From Actinomycetota bacterium (GTDB taxonomy: Bacteria > Actinomycetota > Humimicrobiia > Humimicrobiales > Humimicrobiaceae): a stretch of DNA of 64,000 nucleotides. Where the stretch lies: NCBI GenBank assembly GCA_028717265.1, contig JAQUOE010000001.1:16963-80962 (forward strand), read 5' to 3'. Below are positions 40,231 to 50,375 of the stretch, one piece after another. The position numbers and the translations under genes are program-made. The notes under the pieces were generated by a model. It saw nothing but the letters and a program-made list of their open reading frames with translations, did not search any database and had not been told where the DNA came from. Position 1 is the first letter of the stretch. The number at the start of each line of letters is the position of its first letter.

Positions 40231-42906
40231 ATGTTCGATGAGATCAAGGATAAATTCAATCCTTCGGCATTTGAACAGAAAATCTACCGTTACTGGTTAG
40301 AAAATAAATATTTTTCTGCAAAAATCGATAAATCAAAAGTCCCATTCAGCATGGTAATTCCTCCTCCCAATGTAACCGGTTATCTCCATATCGGCCATGC
40401 TCTGAATAATACTCTTCAGGATGTAATCGTAAGATATAAAAGGATGAAGGGGTTCAATGCGACCTGGGTACCGGGGATAGATCATGCGGGTATAGCTACC
40501 CAGAATGTTGTTGAAAGGGCCCTGAAAGAAAGAAATACGGACAGATTTCAACTGGGAAGAAAAAAGTTCGTAGAAGAAGTATGGCACTGGAAAGAAAAGT
40601 ATGGAAGCCGGATCATAGATCAATTGAAGTCACTGGGCTGTTCATGCGATTGGGACAGGGAAAGGTTTACCTTCGACAGAGAGTACAGCAAGGCAGTGAC
40701 AAAAGAGTTCGTTGTCCTCTACGAAAAAGGTTTGATTTACAGGGGAAATTACATGGTCAACTGGTGTCCCAGGTGCAGGACCGCGATTTCGGATATCGAA
40801 GTAGAACATGTGGTAAAAAAGGGTAATTTATGGGATATAAAGTATCCCCTGATCGATCCTGAGACCGGTAAACCCTGTGACAGCGAATATATAGTTGTTT
40901 CGACTACAAGACCCGAGACGATGCTCGGTGATACTGCAGTTGTTGTGAATCCCGGTGACCGGAGGTATAAAAAATATAAGGGCAGAACCGTTTATCTTCC
41001 TTTAGTGGGAAGAAAAATTCCCCTGATTGAAGATGATTTTGTCGATATGGAATTCGGAAGCGGAGCCGTTAAGGTCACTCCGGCCCATGATCCCAATGAT
41101 TTTGAAATAGGAAAAAGACATAAACTTGAAGAAATCAATATCTTCAACGAAGATGCTACCCTGAATCCAAATGCAGGAAAATATGAAGGCCTGGAACGTA
41201 ATTCCGCAAGACAAAAGATCCTGCAGGATCTGGAAGAACAGGGCTGCCTCCTGGGCAAAAAAGATCACGATTCCCAGGTTGGAACTTGCTGCAGGTGCAA
41301 TACCGTGGTGGAGCCAAGGATCTCGATGCAGTGGTTCATGTCTATGAAAGAACTGGCTGGTCCGGCAATCCGTGTGGTTAAAGAAGGAAAGGTAAAAATA
41401 ATACCAAAAAAATGGGAGAAACTATATTTTAACTGGATGGAAAATATCAGGGACTGGTGCATATCCCGTCAGTTGTGGTGGGGGCACCAGATTCCGGTAT
41501 GGTATTGCAGGGATTGCAATGAAATGATAGTAAGCGAGGGTAAACCTGAGAGTTGTCCCAAATGCGGCTGCAGCAGTATGGAACAGGATCAGGATGTTCT
41601 CGATACATGGTTCAGTTCCTGCCTGTGGCCATTTGCGGCTTTTGGCTGGCCGGAAGAAACAGAGGATCTTAGATATTTTTTTCCGACAGATGCTCTCATT
41701 ACTGCTCATGATATTATCTTTTTCTGGGTTGCGAGAATGATCATGATGAGTCTTTATTTCAGGAAGGATATTCCTTTCGGAGAAGTTTTTATAAATCCTC
41801 TGGTAAACGACGTATTTGGTCAGAAAATGAGCAAATCCAAAGGCAATGCGGTGGATCCTGTGGACTTGATCAATCAAAAAGGAGCCGACGTCCTGAGATT
41901 TACCCTTACTTCTCTGACCACCCCGGGAAGAAACCTGAGTATGGGCGATGAGAAGATAGAAGGAGTAAGAAATTTTGCAAATAAATTATGGAATGCATCG
42001 AAATTCGTAATAACAAATTTAAATGACGAAGATATAGCTGATATCGATATCAGCCGGTTAAATCCGGATCTATGGGACAGATGGATACTCTCCAGGTTAA
42101 ACAGGGTAATAAGGGGGATTGAAAAATATCTGGAAAAATATAATTTTTCTTTTGCTTCACGGATACTTAATACTTTTCTCTGGAATGATTATTGTGACTG
42201 GTACATAGAGTCCGCAAAGGTTAAGATCTACTCTCCAAAAAATAGCGGTAAGAAAAAAAATGCTTTATTTATATTGTGGTATGTCCTTGAAAAATATCTT
42301 AAGCTTCTTCATCCGTTTATGCCTTTTATAACCGAACAGATCTGGCAGAATATTCCACACAGCGGTGAAAGTATAATGGTAGAGAGCTTTCCGGAACCCG
42401 AACGAGCAAGAATCGATCAGCATATCGAAGATGAAATAAAAATACTATTTGATGTCATAGGCGAGATAAGAAAAATAAGGTCCGAGTTTAAAATAAATCC
42501 GTCCAGCAGAATCAATATAAGCCTTATGGCGAGTGAAGATAGAAGTAAGGCCGTACTGGAAGAAAACAGCGAATATATATGCAGCCTGGCGAAAACAGGG
42601 GAACTCGAGTTTAAGGATTTTACAGGTAAAAAGGGGTATATAAAAGCTGCCGCGGCAAATGTGGATATATTCATCAATATTGCCGATGCGATAGATGTAG
42701 AATCTGAAAAGAAAAGAGCAGGGGACCGGATCAAAAAAGTGAATCTTGATATCGAAAAAAGTAAAAAAAAGTTATCAAATACCGATTTCTTACATAAGGC
42801 ACCACAGGAAATAATCCAAAAACAAAAAAATAATCTTGACCGGGCAGAAAAACTCCTCGAAGTACTGAAAGATCAATTAAACAGGATAAAGGACATAAGC
42901 GAATAA
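40231..42906 (+). CDS. valS: valine--tRNA ligase
   Basis: Contains PPPNVTGYLHIGHALN (HIGH) and KMSKSKGN (KMSKS), with a C-terminal coiled coil. The ORF track starts at 40210 inside clpX. ATG at 40231, 2 nt after the clpX stop, is the more likely start. Confidence 0.9.
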   Translation: MFDEIKDKFNPSAFEQKIYRYWLENKYFSAKIDKSKVPFSMVIPPPNVTGYLHIGHALNNTLQDVIVRYKRMKGFNATWVPGIDHAGIATQNVVERALKERNTDRFQLGRKKFVEEVWHWKEKYGSRIIDQLKSLGCSCDWDRERFTFDREYSKAVTKEFVVLYEKGLIYRGNYMVNWCPRCRTAISDIEVEHVVKKGNLWDIKYPLIDPETGKPCDSEYIVVSTTRPETMLGDTAVVVNPGDRRYKKYKGRTVYLPLVGRKIPLIEDDFVDMEFGSGAVKVTPAHDPNDFEIGKRHKLEEINIFNEDATLNPNAGKYEGLERNSARQKILQDLEEQGCLLGKKDHDSQVGTCCRCNTVVEPRISMQWFMSMKELAGPAIRVVKEGKVKIIPKKWEKLYFNWMENIRDWCISRQLWWGHQIPVWYCRDCNEMIVSEGKPESCPKCGCSSMEQDQDVLDTWFSSCLWPFAAFGWPEETEDLRYFFPTDALITAHDIIFFWVARMIMMSLYFRKDIPFGEVFINPLVNDVFGQKMSKSKGNAVDPVDLINQKGADVLRFTLTSLTTPGRNLSMGDEKIEGVRNFANKLWNASKFVITNLNDEDIADIDISRLNPDLWDRWILSRLNRVIRGIEKYLEKYNFSFASRILNTFLWNDYCDWYIESAKVKIYSPKNSGKKKNALFILWYVLEKYLKLLHPFMPFITEQIWQNIPHSGESIMVESFPEPERARIDQHIEDEIKILFDVIGEIRKIRSEFKINPSSRINISLMASEDRSKAVLEENSEYICSLAKTGELEFKDFTGKKGYIKAAAANVDIFINIADAIDVESEKKRAGDRIKKVNLDIEKSKKKLSNTDFLHKAPQEIIQKQKNNLDRAEKLLEVLKDQLNRIKDISE

Positions 42907-42932
42907 TATAACGTTAACCAAAGCGAGAAATA

Positions 42933-44255
42933 GTGAACTACGGGCAAGTAAACAAATATCTCGACAGTTGCCTTATTTTCGGAATAAAAACAAATCTTGT
43001 CAGAATACAAAAGATACTCGAGCTTCTTGGTGATCCTCAAAAAAAGACCGACTTTATTCATATCGTAGGGACCAATGGTAAGACTTCCACTACTAAAATG
43101 ACTGCTGCAATATTAAAAAGCCACGGCATTCATACCGGTTATCACATTTCTCCCCATATTGATAGTTATACGGAGAGAATGTGGGTAAACGGCAGGAATC
43201 TTTCGGAGAAAAAATTTACCGGAGTCTTTAATGAGATATATCCCGCAATCCTGGAAGTAAACAGGATGGATCTGGGCGGTCCGGTTACCCAGTTCGAGAT
43301 AATATCTGCAATGGTATTCAAATTGGCTGAGAATGAAAGTATCGAAGTTATGGTTCTCGAAGCAGGAATGGGAGGAAGATGGGATGCCACAAATATCGCT
43401 GATTCAAAGGTTGTGGGACTTACAGGTGTGAGCCTTGAACATACGGAAATACTGGGCAGGACAATAAGGGATATAACCCTGGAGAAAGTAGAGGTAATAA
43501 AAGAAAAGGCACTGGTTGCAACCACAAGCAGCAATAAAGAGGTCCTGGAGATTTTAACTGGAAAAGTAGAAAAGACCGGTTCCGGACTTTTCTTATATGG
43601 AAAAGATTTTCATATACAAAAGAAGGTAAGTCTGGGGCTGAATGGATGGTCCCTGGACATCAAAGGAGTAAACAGCACTTATAAAAATCTGGCATTGCCG
43701 CTTCTCGGCCAGTATCAGCCCATGAACCTTTCACTGGCGGTAATCCTTGCAGAACTTTATCTGGGAACCGGAGGGGAGAAAATAAATGAAGAAAGATTAA
43801 GAAAGGGCATATCCGGTATCAGGGTAAAAGGAAGATTCGAAATTATCAGAGAAAGGCCCATGGTAATCCTGGATGCCGGTCATAATCCCGAAGGAACAGA
43901 TAATTTCATTAAAAACATCTCCTATTATTTTGGAGAAAGAAAAAAAATAATAATTTTTGCTGTCCTGGCGGATAAAGATTATGAAAGTATGGTCGGGGGG
44001 ATAATCAGTGTAAGCGATATTTTGATTTTAACTTCAAGTCAGAATACCAGAAGCCTTAGCGCTGATCAGCTTGAAAAAGTGGTAAAAGGAAAAATAAAAT
44101 TGTTAAAAAATAAGATTCACCGGCCTGCCGGAGTATATAAAATAGATACTATAGAAAATTCCATAAAATTTGCTTTAAAAATTTCCGCTATAAATGATAT
44201 TATATGCATTACTGGTTCAATAACTAATTTAGAGAGGGCAAAATATAAACTTTAA
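42933..44255 (+). CDS. folC: folylpolyglutamate synthase / dihydrofolate synthase
   Basis: GTG start. Contains the Mur-ligase-family P-loop IHIVGTNGKTSTT. 440 aa. Confidence 0.8.
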   Translation: MNYGQVNKYLDSCLIFGIKTNLVRIQKILELLGDPQKKTDFIHIVGTNGKTSTTKMTAAILKSHGIHTGYHISPHIDSYTERMWVNGRNLSEKKFTGVFNEIYPAILEVNRMDLGGPVTQFEIISAMVFKLAENESIEVMVLEAGMGGRWDATNIADSKVVGLTGVSLEHTEILGRTIRDITLEKVEVIKEKALVATTSSNKEVLEILTGKVEKTGSGLFLYGKDFHIQKKVSLGLNGWSLDIKGVNSTYKNLALPLLGQYQPMNLSLAVILAELYLGTGGEKINEERLRKGISGIRVKGRFEIIRERPMVILDAGHNPEGTDNFIKNISYYFGERKKIIIFAVLADKDYESMVGGIISVSDILILTSSQNTRSLSADQLEKVVKGKIKLLKNKIHRPAGVYKIDTIENSIKFALKISAINDIICITGSITNLERAKYKL

Positions 44256-44267
44256 CCTGGAGGATAG

Positions 44268-44726
44268 ATGGATTTATTTGGATATTTCAATGATATTATG
44301 GCTTTTTTTAAAAATCCGATATGGAGATATCTGTATTACGGATTGATTTTTATTTTGATTATTGTCTGGCTTGCTTTTGTTTATTGGACCTACAGAGATG
44401 CGAAACTCCGGGTCGAAAGTCAGGCCTCTGCTATTTTCTGGGCACTTGTTGTATTGATACTGAATTTTTTGGGATTGATACTTTATTTGATATTAAGACC
44501 CCCTGAGTTTATAGATGATGTAACAGAAAGGGACCTCGAAATAGAAAGAATGGAAACGCTTCTTGATAGCGAGGGATTCAGCTGCCCCGCCTGCGGGAAT
44601 CCCGTGAAGGACGATTTTTTGATTTGCCCTTACTGCAGAAAAAAATTAAAAAGTTCCTGTATCAGTTGCGGTAAACCTTTAAATTTAAACTGGAAAGTTT
44701 GTCCCTATTGCAGAAATACACAATAA
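44268..44726 (+). CDS. membrane protein with a PLD-nuclease N-terminal (PLDc_N)-like TM domain and two tandem zinc ribbons
   Basis: The TM hairpin contains FLGLILYLILRPPE. The C-terminus reads CPACGNP...CPYCRKK...CISCGKP...CPYCRN, four CxxC pairs. The PLDc_N assignment is from memory. Confidence 0.45.
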   Translation: MDLFGYFNDIMAFFKNPIWRYLYYGLIFILIIVWLAFVYWTYRDAKLRVESQASAIFWALVVLILNFLGLILYLILRPPEFIDDVTERDLEIERMETLLDSEGFSCPACGNPVKDDFLICPYCRKKLKSSCISCGKPLNLNWKVCPYCRNTQ

Positions 44727-44744
44727 ATTAATGGGAGATTTTTA

Positions 44745-45212
44745 ATGAGCGGATGCGGGAATTCTGGAAAAAGTGACATCCGGGGTGAAATCGATAATAA
44801 TATCGAAAAAAGCCTTGTCGTAGTCAAACCGGATGGAGTGAGGAAAAAAGTAATCGGAGAGATCATATCCCGTTTTGAAAAAGAGGATCTTAACATTGAA
44901 AAGTTAAAAATGTTAAGAATTAGCAGGGAACTTGCACACAGGCATTACCAGGATCATAAAGATAAAAGTTTTTTTGATATATTGATAGAGTATATAACGT
45001 CGGGTCCCGTAGTAGCAATGGTAATAAGCGGTGAAAACGCAATTGCCAGAGTAAGGGGACTTATTGGACCGACTGATCCCAGAAAGGCGGAAAGAGGGAC
45101 CATCAGAGGTGATTTTGGCGATGATATTACTGTAAATGTAATTCATGGTTCGGATTCCATGGAAAATGCGCGGAGAGAAATAGAATTATTTTTTGGTCAG
45201 AGTAAATGGTAA
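44745..45212 (+). CDS. ndk: nucleoside diphosphate kinase
   Basis: Contains KSLVVVKPDGV and the active-site NVIHGSDS with His. The only in-frame start, ATG at 44745, gives an 18-aa N-terminal extension. Confidence 0.85.
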   Translation: MSGCGNSGKSDIRGEIDNNIEKSLVVVKPDGVRKKVIGEIISRFEKEDLNIEKLKMLRISRELAHRHYQDHKDKSFFDILIEYITSGPVVAMVISGENAIARVRGLIGPTDPRKAERGTIRGDFGDDITVNVIHGSDSMENARREIELFFGQSKW

Positions 45213-45231
45213 AAAATCTTAAAGGTGGCGA

Positions 45232-45486
45232 ATGGGTAAAAGAAGAGGGAAAATAGTTTTTTTAATAGTATTGGCTGGAGGCATAATAGGAGCTATTTTG
45301 GGCCATGTCCTTAAAGATATCGTTCCGATTTTGGATAAGGGATTAAAAGTAGGCACTGACTCTCTAAGCCTTAATTTATATTTAATCGATATAAGTTTTG
45401 GCATTCATATAAATATTACACTTGGTGCCATCATAGGGTTACTTATAGCTTTTTTATTAGCGGATGTTGGAAGAAGAAGATCGTAG
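45232..45486 (+). CDS. small two-TM membrane protein (DUF4321-like)
   Basis: 84 aa with two hydrophobic helices separated by LDKGLKVGTDSLSLNLYLI. It overlaps the maf start. The family assignment is from memory and tentative. Confidence 0.4.
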   Translation: MGKRRGKIVFLIVLAGGIIGAILGHVLKDIVPILDKGLKVGTDSLSLNLYLIDISFGIHINITLGAIIGLLIAFLLADVGRRRS

Positions 45487-46099
45487 TAAAAAAATTATTT
45501 TAGCTTCTGCTTCTCCGAGAAGGAAGGAAATACTGAAGCTATTAAAGCTGGATTTTGGTGTAATCGAGCCAAAAAATTGTGAAGAGAAGCAGTATAAAAA
45601 TCCCTACCATACCGTAATCAGCAATAGTATCATTAAAGCCAAAAATGTTTATAATTATATAAAAGAACAAAGCCTGACGAAGCAGGATCCGTATTACGGG
45701 AAAGGATTTCTTATTGCCGGTTTCGATACTATTATACATATGAATAATAGATACATGGGCAAACCGGCAAATATTGAACAGGCAATTGAGTTTTTAAATA
45801 TTTTTTCAGGCAGGATCCATCGGGTGGTAAGCGGAGTTTGTGTTCTGGATAGCATATCCGGCAAGTATTATTTTGATACCGAAACGACTAAAGTCAGATT
45901 CAGAAAGCTTACGGAAGAAGATATCAAAGCTTATACAGACAGGGAAGATGTGCTTGATAAAGCGGGAGCTTATAATATATTTGGATTCGGAAGTCTGCTC
46001 GTGGAGAGAATAAATGGTTGTTTTTATAACATAGCAGGATTCCCGGTTAAAAAATTTGCGGATCTGGCAGGGAAGTTTAAATTTAATATTTTAAGTTAA
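45464..46099 (+). CDS. maf: Maf-like nucleotide pyrophosphatase (septum formation protein)
   Basis: Contains IILASASPRRKEILK, the Maf N-terminal signature. It lies upstream of mreBCD. Confidence 0.8.
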   Translation: MLEEEDRSKKIILASASPRRKEILKLLKLDFGVIEPKNCEEKQYKNPYHTVISNSIIKAKNVYNYIKEQSLTKQDPYYGKGFLIAGFDTIIHMNNRYMGKPANIEQAIEFLNIFSGRIHRVVSGVCVLDSISGKYYFDTETTKVRFRKLTEEDIKAYTDREDVLDKAGAYNIFGFGSLLVERINGCFYNIAGFPVKKFADLAGKFKFNILS

Positions 46100-46122
46100 A
46101 TTAAGGAGTCAGTGTATTTAAT

Positions 46123-47151
46123 ATGTTTGATTTTTTCTTAAACGTAGTTGGCAGGGATATGGGCATAGATCTTGGAACGGCTTATACGCTGGTATATGTT
46201 AAGGGTAAGGGAATAGTTCTTGACGAGCCATCCATAGTGGCAATCGACAGGGAGCGCAAGAAAATACTGGCGGTAGGCAAAGAAGCCAAGAGGATGGTGG
46301 GAAGAACCCCGGATAATATCGTTGCAATCAGACCCTTAAAAGACGGGGTGATTGCGGATTTTGAAACAACGGAAAAAATGCTCCGGTATTTTATACAAAA
46401 AATTCACAAAAATGTCGCTTTTGCCAGACCCAGGATTGTTATTTGTGTTCCCTCCGGGATCACTCCGGTTGAGAAGAAAGCAGTTATCGAAACTGCGGAG
46501 CAGGCCGGAGCGAGAGCTGCTTATATAATAGAGGAACCTCTGGCTGCGGCTATAGGCTCAGGTTTACCCATAGATGAACCAAAGGGCAGCATGATCATAG
46601 ATATTGGTGGAGGGACTTCCGAGGTGGCTGTTATATCGCTGGGAGGAATAGTCGTCAGCCAATCACTGCGTATTGGCGGGGATGAAATGGATGAAGCCAT
46701 AATATATTATCTGAAAAAAGAACATAATCTGTTTTTAGGTGAAAGTACCGCGGAGAAAGTAAAGATAGAGATAGGATCTGCGTTCCCTCTGGAAAATGAA
46801 GAAAAAATGGAAATAAACGGAAGAGATCTGGTGACCGGGCTTCCTAAAACAATTATTATTACCAGTCAGCAGATAAGAAAAGCACTGGAAAAAGTATTAA
46901 GTGATATTGTCAATGCAATTGTGGAGGTACTTGATGTCACACCCCCTGAACTTTCTTCGGATATAATGAAGAGAGGTATTTTTATGGCGGGGGGCGGATC
47001 ATTGCTCAAAGGATTAACAGAAAGAATAAGCAGGGAGACACATTGCCCCGTTTATATGGCCGAAGATCCTATGGCAGCAGTAGCTATCGGGGCAGGAAAA
47101 TGCGTCGAAGATTTTAACACTCTAAAAAAATACCTCAAATATTCGAAATAA
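46123..47151 (+). CDS. mreB: rod shape-determining protein MreB
   Basis: Shows the actin-fold motifs GIDLGTAYT and [13 protein letters not shown]. 342 aa. Confidence 0.9.
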   Translation: MFDFFLNVVGRDMGIDLGTAYTLVYVKGKGIVLDEPSIVAIDRERKKILAVGKEAKRMVGRTPDNIVAIRPLKDGVIADFETTEKMLRYFIQKIHKNVAFARPRIVICVPSGITPVEKKAVIETAEQAGARAAYIIEEPLAAAIGSGLPIDEPKGSMIIDIGGGTSEVAVISLGGIVVSQSLRIGGDEMDEAIIYYLKKEHNLFLGESTAEKVKIEIGSAFPLENEEKMEINGRDLVTGLPKTIIITSQQIRKALEKVLSDIVNAIVEVLDVTPPELSSDIMKRGIFMAGGGSLLKGLTERISRETHCPVYMAEDPMAAVAIGAGKCVEDFNTLKKYLKYSK

Positions 47152-47182
47152 CTGTTTTAAATTCAATCTATAATATTAACCG

Positions 47183-47992
47183 ATGGTCACATTAAACAGA
47201 AGATTCAGAAACTATATCGTTCTTGCCATAATAATTGTTTTATGTCTGATAATTATAACCGCAAGTTTTAAAGAATCCGATTTTATCAAAAATATCAAGA
47301 CCAGGACCGTTGATTTTTTCAAGCCCATTCAGGAGAAGTTTCATTCTTTCATCAGTCCGTTCACCCGCTTTATAAATTCAATAAGAGACTATATAAACCT
47401 GAGGCAGAAATATCTGGACCTTCAGGAGGAAAATTCTCTCTTAAGACAAAAATACAGCGAAGATATAAACATTAAAGTGGAAAATGATTCGCTGAGAAAG
47501 TTGCTGGGAGTAAAACTGAGAGAAGACTATGAGACCATAACTGCCAGAGTAATAGGATATTCTGAAAGTAAATGGCAATCTGAAATCATTTTAAATGCCG
47601 GAAAAAGCGATGGGGTACTGGAGGGAATGGGAGTGATTAATGAAGATGGACTTATCGGAGTGGTAATACTTGCCGGTAATAATTCATGCAATGTACGCAT
47701 CATAGATGATCCCCGGAGCAATATCGGAGTGAGAATACTTTCTTCGAGAAAACTCGGAATCATCCAGGGCAGCCAGGACAGGAAAGTCACTTTAAATTAC
47801 ATTTCAAGCGAAGAATCGGTGTTTAAGGGGGATATAATAATTACATCCGAATATGGAAATTTACCGGGTGAAATACTGATAGGGCGGGTAAGTAAAGTGA
47901 ACGAAAATCCCGGTGATCCATATAAAACAATTGAGGTCGAACCTTTTGCGGATTTTAAAAAAATAGAATATGTTCTGATCATAAAGCAGTAG
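47183..47992 (+). CDS. mreC: rod shape-determining protein MreC
   Basis: Has an N-terminal TM, a coiled coil and a C-terminal beta domain. It follows mreB. Confidence 0.75.
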   Translation: MVTLNRRFRNYIVLAIIIVLCLIIITASFKESDFIKNIKTRTVDFFKPIQEKFHSFISPFTRFINSIRDYINLRQKYLDLQEENSLLRQKYSEDINIKVENDSLRKLLGVKLREDYETITARVIGYSESKWQSEIILNAGKSDGVLEGMGVINEDGLIGVVILAGNNSCNVRIIDDPRSNIGVRILSSRKLGIIQGSQDRKVTLNYISSEESVFKGDIIITSEYGNLPGEILIGRVSKVNENPGDPYKTIEVEPFADFKKIEYVLIIKQ

Positions 47993-48007
47993 ACATTATT
48001 TATAATC

Positions 48008-48532
48008 ATGAAAATTTTTTATAAATTTTTGCATTTCTTCATACTTATAATCTGCCTGTTGCTTCAAATAGTTTTTTTTGAATATATTAAGACATTTTCG
48101 ATAAATTTCGATCTGGTCATGGTGGTCATAATAGCAGTTGTTATTTTTGACGGTACATTCTGGGGAATTTTATTTGGATTTGCTGCAGGAATGATGCTGG
48201 ATCTTTTGATAGGAGATATTATTGGAGTAAGCGCTCTCATTTATTCGTTAAATGCCTTCATAGTATCAAAACTTATTACCTCGGGTTTTAAATTAAAGTA
48301 TTTGACATATTCATTCATCGTTTTTCTGGTCACTGAAATCAATATAATTATAGTAAGCCTGATCCGTTATTTGTTTAATTTCAGCAGCAACTGGATGCAA
48401 ATGGGATTGGAACTTACAACAAAGCCGGTTTTAAATATAGTTTTAATGTTTATTATTTTTCCTGTTATAAGTATAAGTTCGGGAATGGCAAGGGAGACCG
48501 AATTTGGGTTTAAATATAAAAATAAGATTTAG
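48008..48532 (+). CDS. mreD: rod shape-determining protein MreD
   Basis: 174-aa polytopic membrane protein after mreC. Confidence 0.6.
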   Translation: MKIFYKFLHFFILIICLLLQIVFFEYIKTFSINFDLVMVVIIAVVIFDGTFWGILFGFAAGMMLDLLIGDIIGVSALIYSLNAFIVSKLITSGFKLKYLTYSFIVFLVTEINIIIVSLIRYLFNFSSNWMQMGLELTTKPVLNIVLMFIIFPVISISSGMARETEFGFKYKNKI

Positions 48533-50357
48533 AATAGTACTTTATTTACTGGCAATACTCGCGGTAGTGCTTATATTGAGGCTTTATTTTTTACAGATAA
48601 TGAGCGGCGGACTTTATGCTGAGCTGGCATCGGAAAATATAAGCAGAGAAAAAACCGTATCGGCCCCGAGGGGAAATATATATGACCGTAACGGAAAACT
48701 GCTGGTTAAAAGCGTTCCTGTAAAAGCCGTGGCCATAGAACCTCTTATTGTTTCAGAAAATGAAGACGTGATGAGGATTTTAAGCGAGTGTTTAAATATA
48801 TCATATGAAAAAATAAAGGAGAAGGTGGAGAAGAGCAATTTACCTTATACGGATAGATTGATTTTAAAACAGGATATTGATACCGCTACGATGATCTATC
48901 TTAAAGAAAACAGCGATAAATTACCGGGAGTGGAAGTAATCGACTTATATCTCAGGGAGTATGATTTTGGTTTTCTTGCATCACATCTGCTGGGATATAC
49001 AGGAGAAATCGATGAAGAAAGGCTGCAGTCGGAAGTATATATGGATTATGAGGGCGGGGATCAGATCGGACTGACCGGACTGGAAGAGGCTTACGAGAGT
49101 CTGCTTACGGGTAAAAAAGGTAAAATAATATATGAAGTCGATCCTCTGGGGAGACCGGTAAACATACTGGAAGAAACAGATCCTATCAGCGGGAACGATC
49201 TGTATTTGACAATTGATATAGATTTGCAGAGATTCGTAGAAGAAGCTCTTTATCAATCCATACTTGAGGTGAGACAGAAGAAAATCACCAATACGGATGA
49301 GTATTATAAAGTACCAGGAGGAGCGGTTGTGGTACTGGACACAAGAAACGGTCAGGTACTGGCCATGGCGAGTTATCCAACATATAACCCCGAACTGTTC
49401 GTAGGAGGGATATCGCAGGCTGAATATGCTGAATTAGAGGATCCGGAAAATCATTCCCCTCTTTTAAATAGAGCCGTTATGTCTTTTCCTCCCGGTTCGG
49501 CAATAAAAATAGTTCCCGCGTATGCAGGACTTACAGAGGGGATTATCAGCGAGTACAGCAGGTTCACCTGTGCTGGAGTGTGGTATGGATTAGGACCGGA
49601 TTTTCCAAAATATTGCTGGCAGAGAGGTGGACATGGCAGTCTCGATATCAGAGGGGCCATTAAAAATTCCTGCGATATCTATTTCTATCAGGTAGGATAC
49701 GGACTTCTATTGAAAAATAATAATACGGAAGAACTTCTGCAACAATATCTGAGGACCTTTGGATTTGGTTCGGCAACCGGGATCGATCTTCCCAACGAGG
49801 ATGAGGGATTGGTTCCGGATAAAGAATGGAAAAAAGATTATTTTAAAGATCAACCGGGATATACCGTATGGTTCCCGGGAGATACGGTCAATATGGCAAT
49901 AGGGCAGGGAGATTTACTGGTAACACCGCTTCAGCTGGCTCAGGCCTATTCGATTCTGGCAAATCGGGGGCTGGAATATAAACCGTATTTGGCCAAAGAA
50001 ATAAAAGATTCCGAAGGAAATTTATTTCCTGATAGTTCAGAAGATGATTATCAGGATCTGAATCTGGATGAATCTTTCGTAAAGATCATAGAGGATGGTA
50101 TGGTCCAGGTGGTTAGTCCGGGAGGAACAGCAGCAGGCACTTTTTGGGACTTTCCCCTGAGTGAAATACAAATTGCAGGAAAAACGGGAACCGCGGAATT
50201 TTTTGGAAAACAGGACTATGCATGGTTCGCAAGTTATGCTCCGGTAGGCAGTCCGCAGTATGTGGTCGTAGCGATGCTCGAAGAGGCCGGTTCAGGAGGA
50301 AGCAATGTGGCGCCAATGATTGAGAAAATATATAGATATTTATTTAATATTGATTGA
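48504..50357 (+). CDS. mrdA: penicillin-binding protein 2 (elongasome transpeptidase)
   Basis: Has an N-terminal TM and the dimerisation domain, then SAIK (SxxK), SCD (SxN-like) and KTGTA motifs. Confidence 0.85.
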   Translation: MGLNIKIRFRIVLYLLAILAVVLILRLYFLQIMSGGLYAELASENISREKTVSAPRGNIYDRNGKLLVKSVPVKAVAIEPLIVSENEDVMRILSECLNISYEKIKEKVEKSNLPYTDRLILKQDIDTATMIYLKENSDKLPGVEVIDLYLREYDFGFLASHLLGYTGEIDEERLQSEVYMDYEGGDQIGLTGLEEAYESLLTGKKGKIIYEVDPLGRPVNILEETDPISGNDLYLTIDIDLQRFVEEALYQSILEVRQKKITNTDEYYKVPGGAVVVLDTRNGQVLAMASYPTYNPELFVGGISQAEYAELEDPENHSPLLNRAVMSFPPGSAIKIVPAYAGLTEGIISEYSRFTCAGVWYGLGPDFPKYCWQRGGHGSLDIRGAIKNSCDIYFYQVGYGLLLKNNNTEELLQQYLRTFGFGSATGIDLPNEDEGLVPDKEWKKDYFKDQPGYTVWFPGDTVNMAIGQGDLLVTPLQLAQAYSILANRGLEYKPYLAKEIKDSEGNLFPDSSEDDYQDLNLDESFVKIIEDGMVQVVSPGGTAAGTFWDFPLSEIQIAGKTGTAEFFGKQDYAWFASYAPVGSPQYVVVAMLEEAGSGGSNVAPMIEKIYRYLFNID

Positions 50358-50375
50358 CATGATTATAAAGAGTAA

